Shown here: piece by piece, positions 11,998 through 22,122 of the stretch
Numbering within the stretch: position 1 is the stretch's first letter
How the letters are laid out: the number at the start of each line of letters is the position of its first letter
Assembly: GCA_963708025.1 (NCBI GenBank)
Contig: CAVPSB010000016.1
Span: forward strand, 128,001-192,000
Direction: 5' to 3'
Length of the DNA: 64,000 nucleotides
Source: an uncultured Candidatus Rokubacteria bacterium
GTDB lineage: Bacteria > Methylomirabilota > Methylomirabilia > Rokubacteriales > DASRDR01
Position numbers and translations under genes: made by a program
Notes under the pieces: model-generated
Told to the model about the DNA's origin: nothing
The model's input: only the letters and a program-made list of their open reading frames with translations
Database searches by the model: none

Positions 11998-12291
11998 ATG
12001 AGCCACGGCATGGGAAGGTCCGGCCTGCTCCTGGCGCTGGTCCTGCTCTGGGCCCTGTCAACGCTTCCCCAGCCGGGGTGGAATGGCCTGCCTGGTCTTA
12101 CGGGGATCGCCGGTGTCGCCGACGACGCCGGCCGCCGCTCGCTGTCCGCGCTGGATGCCATCTTCGGTGACTTCATCTCGTCGCTCGCCCCCGTCCTGAT
12201 CCTGCTGGCCGCGACCACCCCCCTCCGGGAAGTCGCCACCGCGCCCCACGCGGTCCCGGCGTTCCAGACCAGAGGACCTCCCCGCCGCTAG
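11998..12291 (+). CDS. Small hydrophobic protein ending in an RGPP motif
   Basis: ATG at 11998 after GAGG; two hydrophobic segments; C-terminus FQTRGPPRR*. Confidence 0.55.
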   Translation: MSHGMGRSGLLLALVLLWALSTLPQPGWNGLPGLTGIAGVADDAGRRSLSALDAIFGDFISSLAPVLILLAATTPLREVATAPHAVPAFQTRGPPRR

Positions 12292-12430
12292 CGTTCCGAG
12301 GAGCCCGTACCGCCCCCGGGGCGGCCAGCCGTCCTCCGAAGGTGAACGGCCGTCCCCGAGGGTCGCGTCTCGTCGTCCGCGAGGCGAACGGGTGCTCGAC
12401 GATGTCCGCGGAAGAGGAGGAGGGTGGTCA

Positions 12431-12859
12431 ATGAAGTGGTTTCGGGACACGATCACGGTCCAGACCGGGCAGAGCCAGGAGTTCATCGACGTCACCAAGC
12501 GGGTCCGCGACGTCGTCGCCCGATCCGAGATCCGAAACGGGATGCTGATCGTGAACTCCCTGCACACGACCATGGCGCTGTTCATGAACGAGTTTCAGTC
12601 GGCACTCATCGATGATCTCGGCGAGATCCTCCAGCGCCTGGTCCCCCGACGGGACGGCTACCGGCACGACGATCCCCGGTTCTCGGACTGCGACCGCGCC
12701 AACGGCCACGCGCATCTCCGGGCCACGCTGCTCGGCCGCAGCGTCGCGGTGGCGGTAGCGGACGGGGAGCCGGCGCTCGGGACCTACGAGAGCCTGGTCA
12801 TCGCCGAGCTCGATGGGCCGCGGACCCGCACCCTGGGCGTCCAAGTGATGGGCGAGTAG
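12431..12859 (+). CDS. yjbQ: YjbQ/UPF0047 family protein
   Basis: FIDVT, HTTMALFMNE, YRHDD, NGHAHLRATLLG, ELDGPRTR. Confidence 0.9.
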   Translation: MKWFRDTITVQTGQSQEFIDVTKRVRDVVARSEIRNGMLIVNSLHTTMALFMNEFQSALIDDLGEILQRLVPRRDGYRHDDPRFSDCDRANGHAHLRATLLGRSVAVAVADGEPALGTYESLVIAELDGPRTRTLGVQVMGE

Positions 12860-12885
12860 ATCGGGGGAGTAACTCGGCGCGACCC

Positions 12886-12912
12886 GGAAGGGGGCCCAAG
12901 GGCCCCCTTTCC
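12886..12912. repeat. GC-rich hairpin (terminator-like or REP-like)
   Basis: GGAAGGGGGCCC-AA-GGGCCCCCTTTCC just after the yjbQ stop. Confidence 0.5.
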
Positions 12913-13271
12913 TTCTTTCTCGCGGGCCAGCGCCAGCGGGAAGGGCTCGGGCCCGCCCCCCTGCTGCGAGACCGCCATCTGTTTCGCCCGCCAGCGCTCC
13001 ACCGTCCCCTGACGACCCGCCTACACGAGCAGGCGCTCCACGAGATACGGCGTTAGACCAGTGAGCCGGAGGCGGCCGGTTCGTGTGGCTCGCCCCGCGG
13101 CTTAAGCGACACGAAGTGACGATTCACGACATCTCGGCGGGCCAATCCGTCCCTGTCTCAGCACGATCCCAAATGAGTCGGGTAGCCTGCGAGTTCGGTG
13201 AGAGACGGGAGCTGCATAGCAACGCAGGGCGTTTGGCCCCGTTCCCATTTTGAAGTCGCTGCAGAAGCGAC

Positions 13272-13287
13272 TGGCCTCTGACTTGCA
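13272..13287 (+). promoter_or_regulatory. Sigma-54 (-24/-12) promoter candidate
   Basis: TGGCCTCTGACTTGCA, i.e. GG-N10-GC, about 190 nt upstream of the FN3/Calx-beta gene. Confidence 0.55.
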
Positions 13288-13332
13288 GCAGTTCGCCGCT
13301 GCTCGACGCCAGTAGAGGACACTGTGCGGACC

Positions 13333-13420
13333 CACGGCCGTCGAGGATAGGCAAGACATTCGGAGTGGCGGGAAGTCCTGGAGGCCGCTTCATCCGAGTT
13401 ACGGTCGCAGGGTTGCCGAG
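13333..13420 (+). ncRNA. Degenerate c-di-GMP-I (GEMM)-like riboswitch candidate
   Basis: GGCAAGACATTC-G-GAGTGG-CGGGAAG-TCCTG...ACGGTCGCAGG-GTTGCCG resembles the GEMM layout, but the GNRA tetraloop is missing. Confidence 0.3.
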
Positions 13421-13476
13421 CGAACGCGGCCTTCTCAAGGCTGTGTCTTCGCCCGCGGACGTGGGGGAGGGAGCCC

Positions 13477-15784
13477 ATGCTCGTCCGATGGAGGCTGCGC
13501 CGATCGGCTGCGCTCACTTCATTGCTCGTCGTTCTCGGCCTGGCCGGCCTTGCGGATGCCCAAACGGCTCAGCTCACGTTGACGTGGGCCGACAACTCCT
13601 CCAACGAAGATGGCTTCGGCATCCAGCGCAAGATCGGGACGAGCGGGACTTACGTCCAGCGGGCCACCACAGGCTCGAATGCCAACTCGTACGTTGATGT
13701 AGGTCTCACCCCCGGCACGACGTACTGCTATCGGACATTCGCCTTCAACGTCGCCGGAAACTCGGCGTACTCGAACGAGGCGTGCGGGACCACGGCGGCC
13801 CTACCATCCATGACGATTGCCGCCACGACGGCCACCGCGACCGAGGTCGGCCCCGCCGCCGGCGTCTTCACCGTCTCTCGCACCGGCGCCACCACCGCGG
13901 CCCTGACCGTCAACTACACCGTCGGCGGCACCGCCACCGCGGGGAGTGACTACGTCACGCTCTCCGGCAGCCTGACCATCCCCGCCGGCGCCGCCTCTGC
14001 GCCCATTACCGTGACGCCCATCAACGACACCCTCGTCGAGCCCAACGAGACCGTCGTCGTCACCCTGGCCGCCAACGCCGCCTACACCCTCGGCGCTCCG
14101 GCCAGCGCCACCGTCACCCTCGTCAGCGATGACGTCGCCTCGCTGCCGACCGTGACCATCGCCGCCACGACGGCCACCGCGACCGAGGCCGGCCCCACCG
14201 CCGGCGTCTTCACCGTCTCTCGCACCGGCGCCACCACCGCGGCCCTGACCGTCAACTACACCGTCGGCGGCACCGCCACCGCGGGGACCGACTACACGAC
14301 CCTCCCCGGCAGCCTGACGATCCCGATCGGCGCCGCCTCTGCACGCATTACCGTGACGCCCATCAACGACACCCTCGTCGAGCCCAACGAGACCGTCGTC
14401 GTCACCCTGACCGCCAACGCCGCCTACACCGGTGCTCCGGCCAGTGCCACCGTCACCCTCGTCAGCGATGACGTCGCCTCGCTGCCGACCGTGACCATCG
14501 CCGCCACGACGGCCACCGCGACCGAGGCCGGCCCCACCGCCGGCGTCTTCACCGTCTCTCGCACCGGCGCCACCACCGCGGCCCTGACCGTCAACTACAC
14601 CGTCGGCGGCACCGCCACCGCGGGGACCGACTACACGACCCTCCCCGGCAGCCTGACGATCCCGATCGGCGCCGCCTCTGCGCGCATTACCGTGACGCCC
14701 ATCAGCGACACTCTCGTCGAGCCCAACGAGACCGTCGTCGTCACCCTGGCCGCCAACGCCGCCTACACCCGCGGCACGCCTGGCAGCGCCACCGTCACCC
14801 TCGTCGGCGATGACGCGCCGAGCAACAAGCGCCTGATCGTCACCGCCCCGGGAGCGGGCGGCGGCCCGCACGTCCGAACCTTCGACGAGTTCGGAGACGC
14901 GGGCGAAGTGAGCCTGTTGGCCTACAGTGCGACCTTCAGCGGTGGCGTCTTCGTGGCCGCCGGGGATCTCGACGGCGATGGCGACCCCGAGATCATCACG
15001 GGACCGGACAGTGGAGGGCAGCCGCTGGTACGGACGTTCCGCAGCAGCAATGCCCCCTTCGGGGTCGAGTTCATGGCCTACGATCCCGCCTTCACCGGCG
15101 GGGTGCGGGTCGCCGCGTGCGATGTTCAACGGCGACGGCCGGGCCGAGATCATCACCGGCGCCGGCCCGGGGGGTGGGCCGCGCGTTTGGGTGTGGAAGG
15201 TTGACGGCACGACGGTGACGAGGATGGTCGGGTTCTTCGCCTACGACTCGATGTTCACCGGCGGCGTGTTCGTCGCATGCGCCGATCTCGACAATGACGG
15301 CCGGGCCGAGATCATCACCGGCGCCGGCCCCGGCGGTGAGCCGCATGTTCGCGCCTTCCGCGTGATTTCCAACGTCTCGGTGGAGGAGGTCGCCAGCTTC
15401 TTGGCCTATGCGTCAACCTTCGGGGGCGGTGTCTTCGTCGGGGCGGGGGATGTCAACGGCGACGGCCGGGCCGAGATCATCACCGGCGCCGGCCCGGGGG
15501 GTGGGCCGCGCGTTTGGGTGTGGAAGGTTGACGGCACGACGGTGACGAGGATGGTCGGGTTCTTCGCCTACGACTCGATGTTCACCGGCGGGGTGCGGGT
15601 CGCGGCGGCCGACCTCGACGGAGACGGTCGCGCCGAGGTGATCACCGGGGCCGGGCCGGGCGGCGGCCCCCAGGTGGCGAGCTTCAGCGTGGTCGGCGGC
15701 GTGGTGATGACCCAGGAGCTTTCGTTCTTCGCCTACGACCCCAGCTTCACGGGTGGGGTGTTCGTCGCGGGGTTCGGGCGGTGA
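13477..15784 (+). CDS. Secreted FN3 + 3x Calx-beta + FG-GAP repeat surface protein, one frameshift
   Basis: Signal peptide; LTWADNSSNEDGF...YCYR; three VNYTVGGTATAGxDY...NDTLVEPNETV units; DLDGDG/DVNGDGRAEIITGAG repeats. There is an extra T at about 15125 compared with the repeat copy at about 15450. Confidence 0.88.
13812..14815 (+). repeat. Three near-identical ~340 bp intragenic Calx-beta repeats
   Basis: Units start at about 13812, 14154 and 14493 and share long runs of DNA identity. Confidence 0.9.
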
Positions 15785-15802
15785 CGAGCAGCCAGGGCTC
15801 GC

Positions 15803-16780
15803 TCAGCGCCAGTCGTCGAGGAGGAGATCGTCCTCCCGCTCGTAGTCGACGTTCTTGCCCCGCTTCATCCGGATCATCAGCATCTCCATCAGGTACCCGG
15901 AGGCCAGCAGCATCTGGTAGGCGCGCCAGTAGGTCGTGTAGACCGGCGCGATGACGCGCTGGCAGCCGGCCGCCACCCCGAAGTCCTCGACGGCGGCCAG
16001 GAGCTGGGTGAAGTGCTCCGGCCGGCGCCGCCCGGGGTCGATCGCCGCGAACTTGATGTAGAGCGTGCCCTGGGGCGCCTCGGAGGCCCCGGGCGTGTGA
16101 CAGATGGCGAAGCCGACGACCGCGCGGTCCTTCTCGAGGACCAGGGTGTCGCCCAGCCCGAGGCCGTTCACGATCTCGATCTCCTTGGTCAGGTCGAGCC
16201 CGCGGTAGATCTTGCCGGTGATCGCCCGCAGCCGGGCCAGTAGCGCCTTCTTCTTCCCCTCCTCGTAGGCCGAGAAGCGATGCACCTGCGGCCCGCCCCG
16301 GACCGGCTTGGCCGGCGGCGCCAGCTCGCGCCGCTCCAGCGACTTGCCGGTGATGGCGACCAGGGACTTGGGCTTGAACCCGAACTTCTGGTAGAGCACC
16401 AGGTGCTTGGGGCTGTAGGGGTAGGTGACCAGCCCCTCCAGGGTCACGTGGTTCTCGTCGAAGAAGCCCTGGGTGGCCTTCAGGAGCTGCTGGGCGACCT
16501 TCTGGTTCTGGTAGGGCGTCAGGACCGCCACCGGACCGAAGAGCCCCACGCTCCCCCAGCAGACGGCGATCGAGGCGCCCACGATCTTGCTGTCGTTCTC
16601 CTCGGCGACGTAGCACCCCCACGGCTCCATCAGCCAGCGGTGGTGCACGTACTGGGCCCCGCCGAAGACCTGTCGGGGGCGCGAGCCGAGCTGGCGCTCG
16701 TAGAAGTCGGCGAAGGCCGACTCGATGACCTCCCGGATCCGGGCCAGGTCACCCTTGCGAACCCGCCGAACCTTGATCAC
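15803..16780 (-). CDS. GNAT family N-acetyltransferase (two GNAT-like domains)
   Basis: CYVAEE, GPVAVLTPYQNQKVAQQLL, LYQKFGF. Confidence 0.8.
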   Translation of the reverse strand: MIKVRRVRKGDLARIREVIESAFADFYERQLGSRPRQVFGGAQYVHHRWLMEPWGCYVAEENDSKIVGASIAVCWGSVGLFGPVAVLTPYQNQKVAQQLLKATQGFFDENHVTLEGLVTYPYSPKHLVLYQKFGFKPKSLVAITGKSLERRELAPPAKPVRGGPQVHRFSAYEEGKKKALLARLRAITGKIYRGLDLTKEIEIVNGLGLGDTLVLEKDRAVVGFAICHTPGASEAPQGTLYIKFAAIDPGRRRPEHFTQLLAAVEDFGVAAGCQRVIAPVYTTYWRAYQMLLASGYLMEMLMIRMKRGKNVDYEREDDLLLDDWR

Positions 16781-16823
16781 GTCCCCCTCCCGAGGTCGCC
16801 CGGCGCCTGAGCCGCGACCATCC

Positions 16824-17720
16824 TCACGCGCGCTTGCGCACTTCGACGCCGGCCAGGTGCTCGAGGAGCGTGATGACGCCCGAATGGTCGAGCCCGCCGC
16901 CCCCGCGCACGCGGACCGCGCTGAACAGCTCCTGCACGACCGCCGTGGTCGGGACCGGCACGCCGAGCGCCCGGGCCGACTCCATGATGAGGCCGAGGTC
17001 CTTGTAGTGGAGGTCGATCTTGAACCCCGGCTTGAACTCGTGGGCCAGGTAGTTCGGCGTCTTCTGCTCCAGACAGCGGGAGCCGGCCAGCCCGCCCCCG
17101 AGCGCCTTGAGCGTCAGCTCGATGTCGAGCCCGGCCTTGGCGGCCAGCGTCAGCGCCTCGGCCAGCGCCGTCAGGTTGACGGCCACGATGATCTGGTTGG
17201 CCAGCTTCGTGAAGCCGCCGGAGCCCAGCGGCCCGAGGTGCGTGATCGTCTTCCCCATCGCCCGGAAGATCGGCAGCACCTCCTCGAAGACGGCGGGATC
17301 GCCGCCCACCATGATCGAGAGCGTTCCCTCGATCGCCCCCTTCTCACCGCCCGAGACCGGCGCGTCCAGCATCCGGACGCCCTTGGCGGCGAGGGCGGCA
17401 CCGACCTTCTGGGAGACGATCGGGGAGATGGTGGACATGTCGACCACGGTCTGGCCCGACCGGACGCTCCCGAGCAGCCCCTGGGGGCCGAGCGCCACCA
17501 GCTCGACGTCGGGGGAGTTGGGCAGCATCAGGATGATGACCTGCGCCTCGCGGGCGACCGCCTCCGGGGAGGACGCGGCCTTGGCGCCGAGGCCGACCAG
17601 CTCCTGGACGGCGGCCTGGCTCCGGTTGTGCACGATCAGGGAATGGCCGGCCTTCAAGAGGTTCTTGGCCATGGGCCGGCCCATGATCCCGAGGCCGATG
17701 AAACCGACAGGCTCTGACAT
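16824..17720 (-). CDS. garR: 2-hydroxy-3-oxopropionate reductase (GarR/GlxR-like)
   Basis: GFIGLGIMGRPMAKNL, LDAPVSGGEKGAIEG, KLANQIIV, FKPGFKIDLHYKDL. Confidence 0.85.
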   Translation of the reverse strand: MSEPVGFIGLGIMGRPMAKNLLKAGHSLIVHNRSQAAVQELVGLGAKAASSPEAVAREAQVIILMLPNSPDVELVALGPQGLLGSVRSGQTVVDMSTISPIVSQKVGAALAAKGVRMLDAPVSGGEKGAIEGTLSIMVGGDPAVFEEVLPIFRAMGKTITHLGPLGSGGFTKLANQIIVAVNLTALAEALTLAAKAGLDIELTLKALGGGLAGSRCLEQKTPNYLAHEFKPGFKIDLHYKDLGLIMESARALGVPVPTTAVVQELFSAVRVRGGGGLDHSGVITLLEHLAGVEVRKRA

Positions 17721-17923
17721 CGTCGCCTCCTGGCTGGAAAGTTCCGGGGCAGGTCGCGCCCGGCGGGACCGAGGCGTGATTCACCGCTCGATTATAGGAA
17801 CCGCGGCGAACGCGTCAAGGTGGGGGTCGCGGGGCCGGAGGCGACGAGCCCCCGGGGCGAGATGCCCGCGACAGTGCGGCCCGGCTGTGCTATTGTTCGG
17901 GGCGCCCGATCAGGCGCCCCGAG

Positions 17924-18697
17924 ATGCTCCGCATGGCCACGCCCGCACGCGATCCCCGGATTCCGGCTGTCCGCCCGGACAGTCGTTCACCCGGCCTCCC
18001 GCTCCTGCCTGGCGTGGTCGAGCGCTGGCGTCCCCCCCGGGCTCCGATCGACCCCTGGACGGTTCTGCGCCTGTCCCGCTACCGCCGTCGTGATGAGGTG
18101 GCGCCGGCGATCTGGGAGACCGCCCGCGGCATGGCAGGGCGGGCCGAGGCGCTGATCGAGCCGGCGGCGCTGCTCACGGCCGTGCGCGTGGCCGCCCGCC
18201 ATCCCGACGCGGTGCAGCTGGCGGCCGGAGCCCTCTTCTCGGGCCGGGCCGTGGCCACGCTCCTCGCCGGCTGCCCGCTGGCGGTGGCGTTCGTCCTGAC
18301 GCTCGGCCCGCGGCTCGAGGCCGAGGTGACGGCGCTCGGCGGGCGGCGGGAGCTGCTGGAGTCGTTCCTTCTGGACACGGCGGGGTGGGCGGCGATCGAG
18401 GGGGCCGTCCGCGCCCTGCGGCTCGACCTGCGGGGCCGCGTGGAGCCCGCCGGCTGGCGCATCACGCACCGCCTGGCCCCGGGATACCGCGACTGGCCCC
18501 TCGAGGAGCAGCCGGCCCTGCTCGGCCTCCTCGGCCAGACCGGCGGGCTGGTCGCTCTGTCCGAGCACGGCGTCCTGGTCCCCTTCAAGTCGATCACGGG
18601 CCTCTTCGGCCTGGCCCCGGCCGCGAGAGCTGAGACGCGTGATGCAATCGGACTCCGGCCTCCCCCCCGGCAAGGCCGAAGGCCGTCCAGACGGTGA
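17924..18697 (+). CDS. Stand-alone methionine synthase B12 activation-domain-like protein
   Basis: AFVLTLG, LLDTAG, RLAPGYRDWPLEEQ, LVPFKSITGLFG. Start uncertain; the 3' end runs into a repeat element. Confidence 0.7.
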   Translation: MLRMATPARDPRIPAVRPDSRSPGLPLLPGVVERWRPPRAPIDPWTVLRLSRYRRRDEVAPAIWETARGMAGRAEALIEPAALLTAVRVAARHPDAVQLAAGALFSGRAVATLLAGCPLAVAFVLTLGPRLEAEVTALGGRRELLESFLLDTAGWAAIEGAVRALRLDLRGRVEPAGWRITHRLAPGYRDWPLEEQPALLGLLGQTGGLVALSEHGVLVPFKSITGLFGLAPAARAETRDAIGLRPPPRQGRRPSRR

Positions 18698-18750
18698 GGG
18701 AGGCAAAGACCGAAGGCCGTCGAAGGATCGGGTAGGCGGGAGGTCCCGAA
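18633..18750 (+). repeat. Intergenic G/C-tract repeat, copy A
   Basis: Family left end (CGCGTGATGCAATCG), two GGCCGAAGGCCGTC-type modules, right end GGTAGGCGGGAGGTCCCGA. Confidence 0.75.
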
Positions 18751-18758
18751 CCAACACC

Positions 18759-19670
18759 ATGCCCACCGCGATCGTGACCGTGGAGGACTTCCGCCCGGGG
18801 CAGCCGGCGAGCCCCGCGCAGGACCTCGCCCATCGCCGCGCGCTGGAGGAGGGTCAGGTCCTCCTCCTGCCGCGGCTCCCTCCCCAGCTGCCGGAGGCGG
18901 ACCGCGCGTTCCTGCTGGGCCAGCGTCAGGTGGAGGCCGGGTACCACAAGAACATCGCCTACCGGCCCGAGTCGGACCGGGTGACGGGCTTCGTCAAGCA
19001 GCGGCCCGGCGACGACGAGACGCTCCGGCGGGTCCTCCGCGACTACTCCCGGCGGGCGATCGCCCTCACCGCGGAGCTGCTGCCGACGTACGCGCGCACC
19101 TGGCGAATCGACTTCGCCAGCTTCCGCCCGCAGGAGGAGGCGGGGCGCCGGCTGGCGCTCCGCTCCCGGAACGACCTGGTTCACGTCGACGCCTTCCCCA
19201 CCCGGCCGAGCCGCGGGGACCGCATCCTCCGCGTCTTCACCAACATCAACCCCAGTGCCCCCCGCGTGTGGCAGACCGCCGACACCTTCGACGCGCTGGC
19301 CGAGCAGTTCGCCCGCCCCTCGGGGCTGCTCGACCGGGCTCGGCGCGGGGGACTGGCGGGAGGAGCCCGACGACTGCTCCACGCCTTCGGGCTGCCGGTG
19401 CGGACCCGCTCGCCGTACGACGAGTTCATGCTCAGCTTCCACCATTTCCTCAAGGAGAACCACGCGTACCAGGCCGAGGCCGCCAAGGCGACCCACAGCT
19501 TCGCCCCTGGCTCGACGTGGCTCGTCCTCACCGACATGGTCAGCCACGCGGTGCTGCGCGGCCAGTACGCGCTCGAGCAGACCTTCATCGTGGCGCGCGA
19601 GTCGCTCGCGCTCCCCGACAAGGCGCCCATCGCGATCCTGGAGCGGCTGGCGGGCGCCCCGCTCCGTTAA
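18759..19670 (+). CDS. kdoO: Kdo hydroxylase (KdoO) family protein
   Basis: KNIAY, SFRP, DLVHVDAFPTRP, RILRVFTNINP, RSPYDEFML, PGSTW, SHAVLRGQYALEQTF. Confidence 0.8.
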   Translation: MPTAIVTVEDFRPGQPASPAQDLAHRRALEEGQVLLLPRLPPQLPEADRAFLLGQRQVEAGYHKNIAYRPESDRVTGFVKQRPGDDETLRRVLRDYSRRAIALTAELLPTYARTWRIDFASFRPQEEAGRRLALRSRNDLVHVDAFPTRPSRGDRILRVFTNINPSAPRVWQTADTFDALAEQFARPSGLLDRARRGGLAGGARRLLHAFGLPVRTRSPYDEFMLSFHHFLKENHAYQAEAAKATHSFAPGSTWLVLTDMVSHAVLRGQYALEQTFIVARESLALPDKAPIAILERLAGAPLR

Positions 19671-19701
19671 TCGGACGACCCGGAGACAGGGAGAACCACG
19701 A

Positions 19702-20694
19702 ATGGCCAAGGGGATCATGGAGCGGCTGCGAGAGGGCATCGTGCTGGGGGACGGCGGCTACGTCCTCGAGCTGGAGAAGCGCGGCTACGTCCTGGCCGGC
19801 CCGTTCACGCCGGAGGCGACCGTGGAGAACCCGGACGCCGTGCTCGGGCTCTCGCGGGAGTTCGTGGACGCCGGGGCCGAGGTGATCCAGGCGCTGGCCT
19901 TCTACGGCGACCGGGGGAAGCTGGCCACCGTCGGCTACGGCGACCGGGTCGGCGACATCAACCGGGCGTCGGTGCGCCTGGCCCGCCAGGCGGCCGGGGA
20001 CCGGGCCCTGGTGGCGGGCAACCTCAGCATGACCTGGGAGTACGAGCCCGAGAGCCCGAAGGCCAAGGACCGGGTCCGGGCGCTCCTCGACGAGCAGCTC
20101 GGCCACCAGATGGAGGTTGGCATCGACTTCATCATCGCCGAGACGTACCTCTACCTCGGCGAAGCCGTCCTCGCCACCGAGTTCGGCAAGCGCAGCGGAC
20201 TGCCGATCATGGTGACGATGTCGTTCGAGGACAAGCTGGTGACCCGCGACGGGAAGTCGCCGGCCGAGTGCGCGAAGGCGCTCGCCGACGCCGGCGCCGA
20301 CATCGTGGGCACCAACTGCTGGCGCGGACCCAAGCACATGCTGCCCATCGTCGCCGAGATGCGGAAGGCCACCAACGCGTACATCGCCGTCCAGGCGCCC
20401 GCCTACCGCACTACCGACGCCACCCCGTTCTTCACCGGGCTCAAGGGGTTCCCGGACGCCATGGAGCCCTACCAGCTCACGCGCTGGGAGATGGCCGACT
20501 ACGCCCGGGAGGCCAAGGCCATCGGGGCCAACTTCATCGGCGCCTGCTGCGGGGCTGTCGCCACCCACATCCGGGAGATGGCCCGCGCGCTCGGCAAGCC
20601 GACGCGGGAGCCGTCCCGGTGGAAGCCGGACGCCTCGAAGCCGATGTCGGCGACCGAGTACTACCGGGAGCGCCGCAAGCAGTCGAAGGACTGA
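19702..20694 (+). CDS. Homocysteine S-methyltransferase family protein (BHMT-like)
   Basis: LGDGGYVLELEKRGY, EFVDAGAEV, VGTNC, FIGACCG zinc ligands. Confidence 0.88.
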   Translation: MAKGIMERLREGIVLGDGGYVLELEKRGYVLAGPFTPEATVENPDAVLGLSREFVDAGAEVIQALAFYGDRGKLATVGYGDRVGDINRASVRLARQAAGDRALVAGNLSMTWEYEPESPKAKDRVRALLDEQLGHQMEVGIDFIIAETYLYLGEAVLATEFGKRSGLPIMVTMSFEDKLVTRDGKSPAECAKALADAGADIVGTNCWRGPKHMLPIVAEMRKATNAYIAVQAPAYRTTDATPFFTGLKGFPDAMEPYQLTRWEMADYAREAKAIGANFIGACCGAVATHIREMARALGKPTREPSRWKPDASKPMSATEYYRERRKQSKD

Positions 20695-20730
20695 CGGGCA
20701 GGGCCGATGAGCGTCGCATCGCGTCGTCGT

Positions 20731-20830
20731 TCGGACGGCCTTCGGCCTTGGGTCGTCGCCGATCCTCGGCGTACTCGGAGTACGCCTGCGGTCGGCGACT
20801 CCCTGCGTCCTTCGGACGGCCTTCGGCCTG
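20731..20830. repeat. Two copies of the TCGGACGGCCTTCGGCCT hairpin module flanking a palindromic spacer
   Basis: Copies at about 20731 and 20812; internal GGCGTACTC-G-GAGTACGCC inverted repeat. Confidence 0.7.
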
Positions 20831-20915
20831 TGGGCGCTGCTCGCTCCTCGGCCCTGCCCCCGAGAACTTGACTCATCTGCCATGACTTTGGCGCGTCAAG
20901 GACTCTAGCGGTCCC

Positions 20916-22091
20916 ATGGAACTCGGCCAGATCAAGGTGCAGAGCTACGAGCTGCCGACCGTCATCAAGCACGGCGTCGGCGCCCTGGCCGCGCTCGGCG
21001 AGGAGACCGGCCGGCTCGGCGTCCGGCGCCCGCTCATCGTCACCGACAAGGGCATGGTCGCCACCGGCCACGTGGACCGGGCCGCCGGCCTGCTCGGGGC
21101 CCACGGGCTCGAGCCGGCGGTCTTCGACGGGGTCGGGGGGAACCCGTCGGTCCATCACGTCGCCCGGGGCAGCGAGGCGTACCGGGACCACCGGGCGGAC
21201 GGCATGGTGGCCCTCGGCGGCGGCTCCTCCATGGACGTGGCGAAGGCGATCGGCGTGGAGGTCGCCCACGCCGGGAAGATCCTCGACTACGAGTACGGGC
21301 ACACCCCGCTCAGCCAGCGCATCCCTCCGCTCGTCTGCGTCCCGACGACGTCCGGCACCGGAAGCGAGGTGACGCTGTGGTCGGTGATCACCGACCCCGT
21401 CCGCCAGATCAAGTTCAACGTGGGCGGCCCGCTCATCGGGCCGCACGTGGCCCTCATCGATCCGCTCCTGGTCGTCGGCCTCCCCCCGCACCTGACCGCC
21501 TTCACCGGCATGGACGCCCTCTCCCACGCCGTCGAGTGTTTCACCTGCGCCTACGCCCAGCCGTTCACCGACGCGGTCGCGCTGCTGGCCATGGAGTACA
21601 TCGGGAAGCACCTCCGCGTCGCGTTCGCCAACGGCCAGGACGTGGAGGCCCGTCACCGGATGGCCATGGCCGCCATGCTGGCCGGCCTGGCCTACGGCTC
21701 GGAGTCGGCCGGCGCCGTCCACGCCATGGCCCAGACGTTCGGGGGCGTCTACGACGTCCACCACGGCTACCTGACCGGCATCATGCTGGCGCCGTGCTCG
21801 GAGTACAACCTGCTCGGCCACCCCGAGAAGTACGCCCGCATCGCCGTCGCGCTCGGCGAGAACGTCCGCGGGCTCTCGACGCTGGAGGCGGCGCGGCGGG
21901 GCGTGGGGGCGATCGCGGCCCTGACCCGCGATCTCGAGTTCCCGCCGTTCCGCGAGTTCACCGGGGCCAGCCCGGCCGACATCCCGCGGCTGGCGAAGAT
22001 GGCCGAGGCCGATCCCCAGACCGTCGGGAATCCCCGCCTCATCGACGCCCGCGGGTACGAGAAGATCTACACCCGGCTCATGTCGGGATAG
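20916..22091 (+). CDS. Iron-containing alcohol dehydrogenase
   Basis: LGGGSSMDVAK, PTTSGTGSEVT, GMDALSHAVE, VHAMA, HHG. Confidence 0.92.
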   Translation: MELGQIKVQSYELPTVIKHGVGALAALGEETGRLGVRRPLIVTDKGMVATGHVDRAAGLLGAHGLEPAVFDGVGGNPSVHHVARGSEAYRDHRADGMVALGGGSSMDVAKAIGVEVAHAGKILDYEYGHTPLSQRIPPLVCVPTTSGTGSEVTLWSVITDPVRQIKFNVGGPLIGPHVALIDPLLVVGLPPHLTAFTGMDALSHAVECFTCAYAQPFTDAVALLAMEYIGKHLRVAFANGQDVEARHRMAMAAMLAGLAYGSESAGAVHAMAQTFGGVYDVHHGYLTGIMLAPCSEYNLLGHPEKYARIAVALGENVRGLSTLEAARRGVGAIAALTRDLEFPPFREFTGASPADIPRLAKMAEADPQTVGNPRLIDARGYEKIYTRLMSG

Positions 22092-22122
22092 GCGCCGGCC
22101 AGGGCCCGAGGGAGGCGGCCGC

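Noticed and set aside
13812-14815. Long direct repeats as a possible CRISPR array
   Set aside because: The units are about 340 bp, contiguous, in-frame protein domains with no unique spacers, and there are no cas genes.
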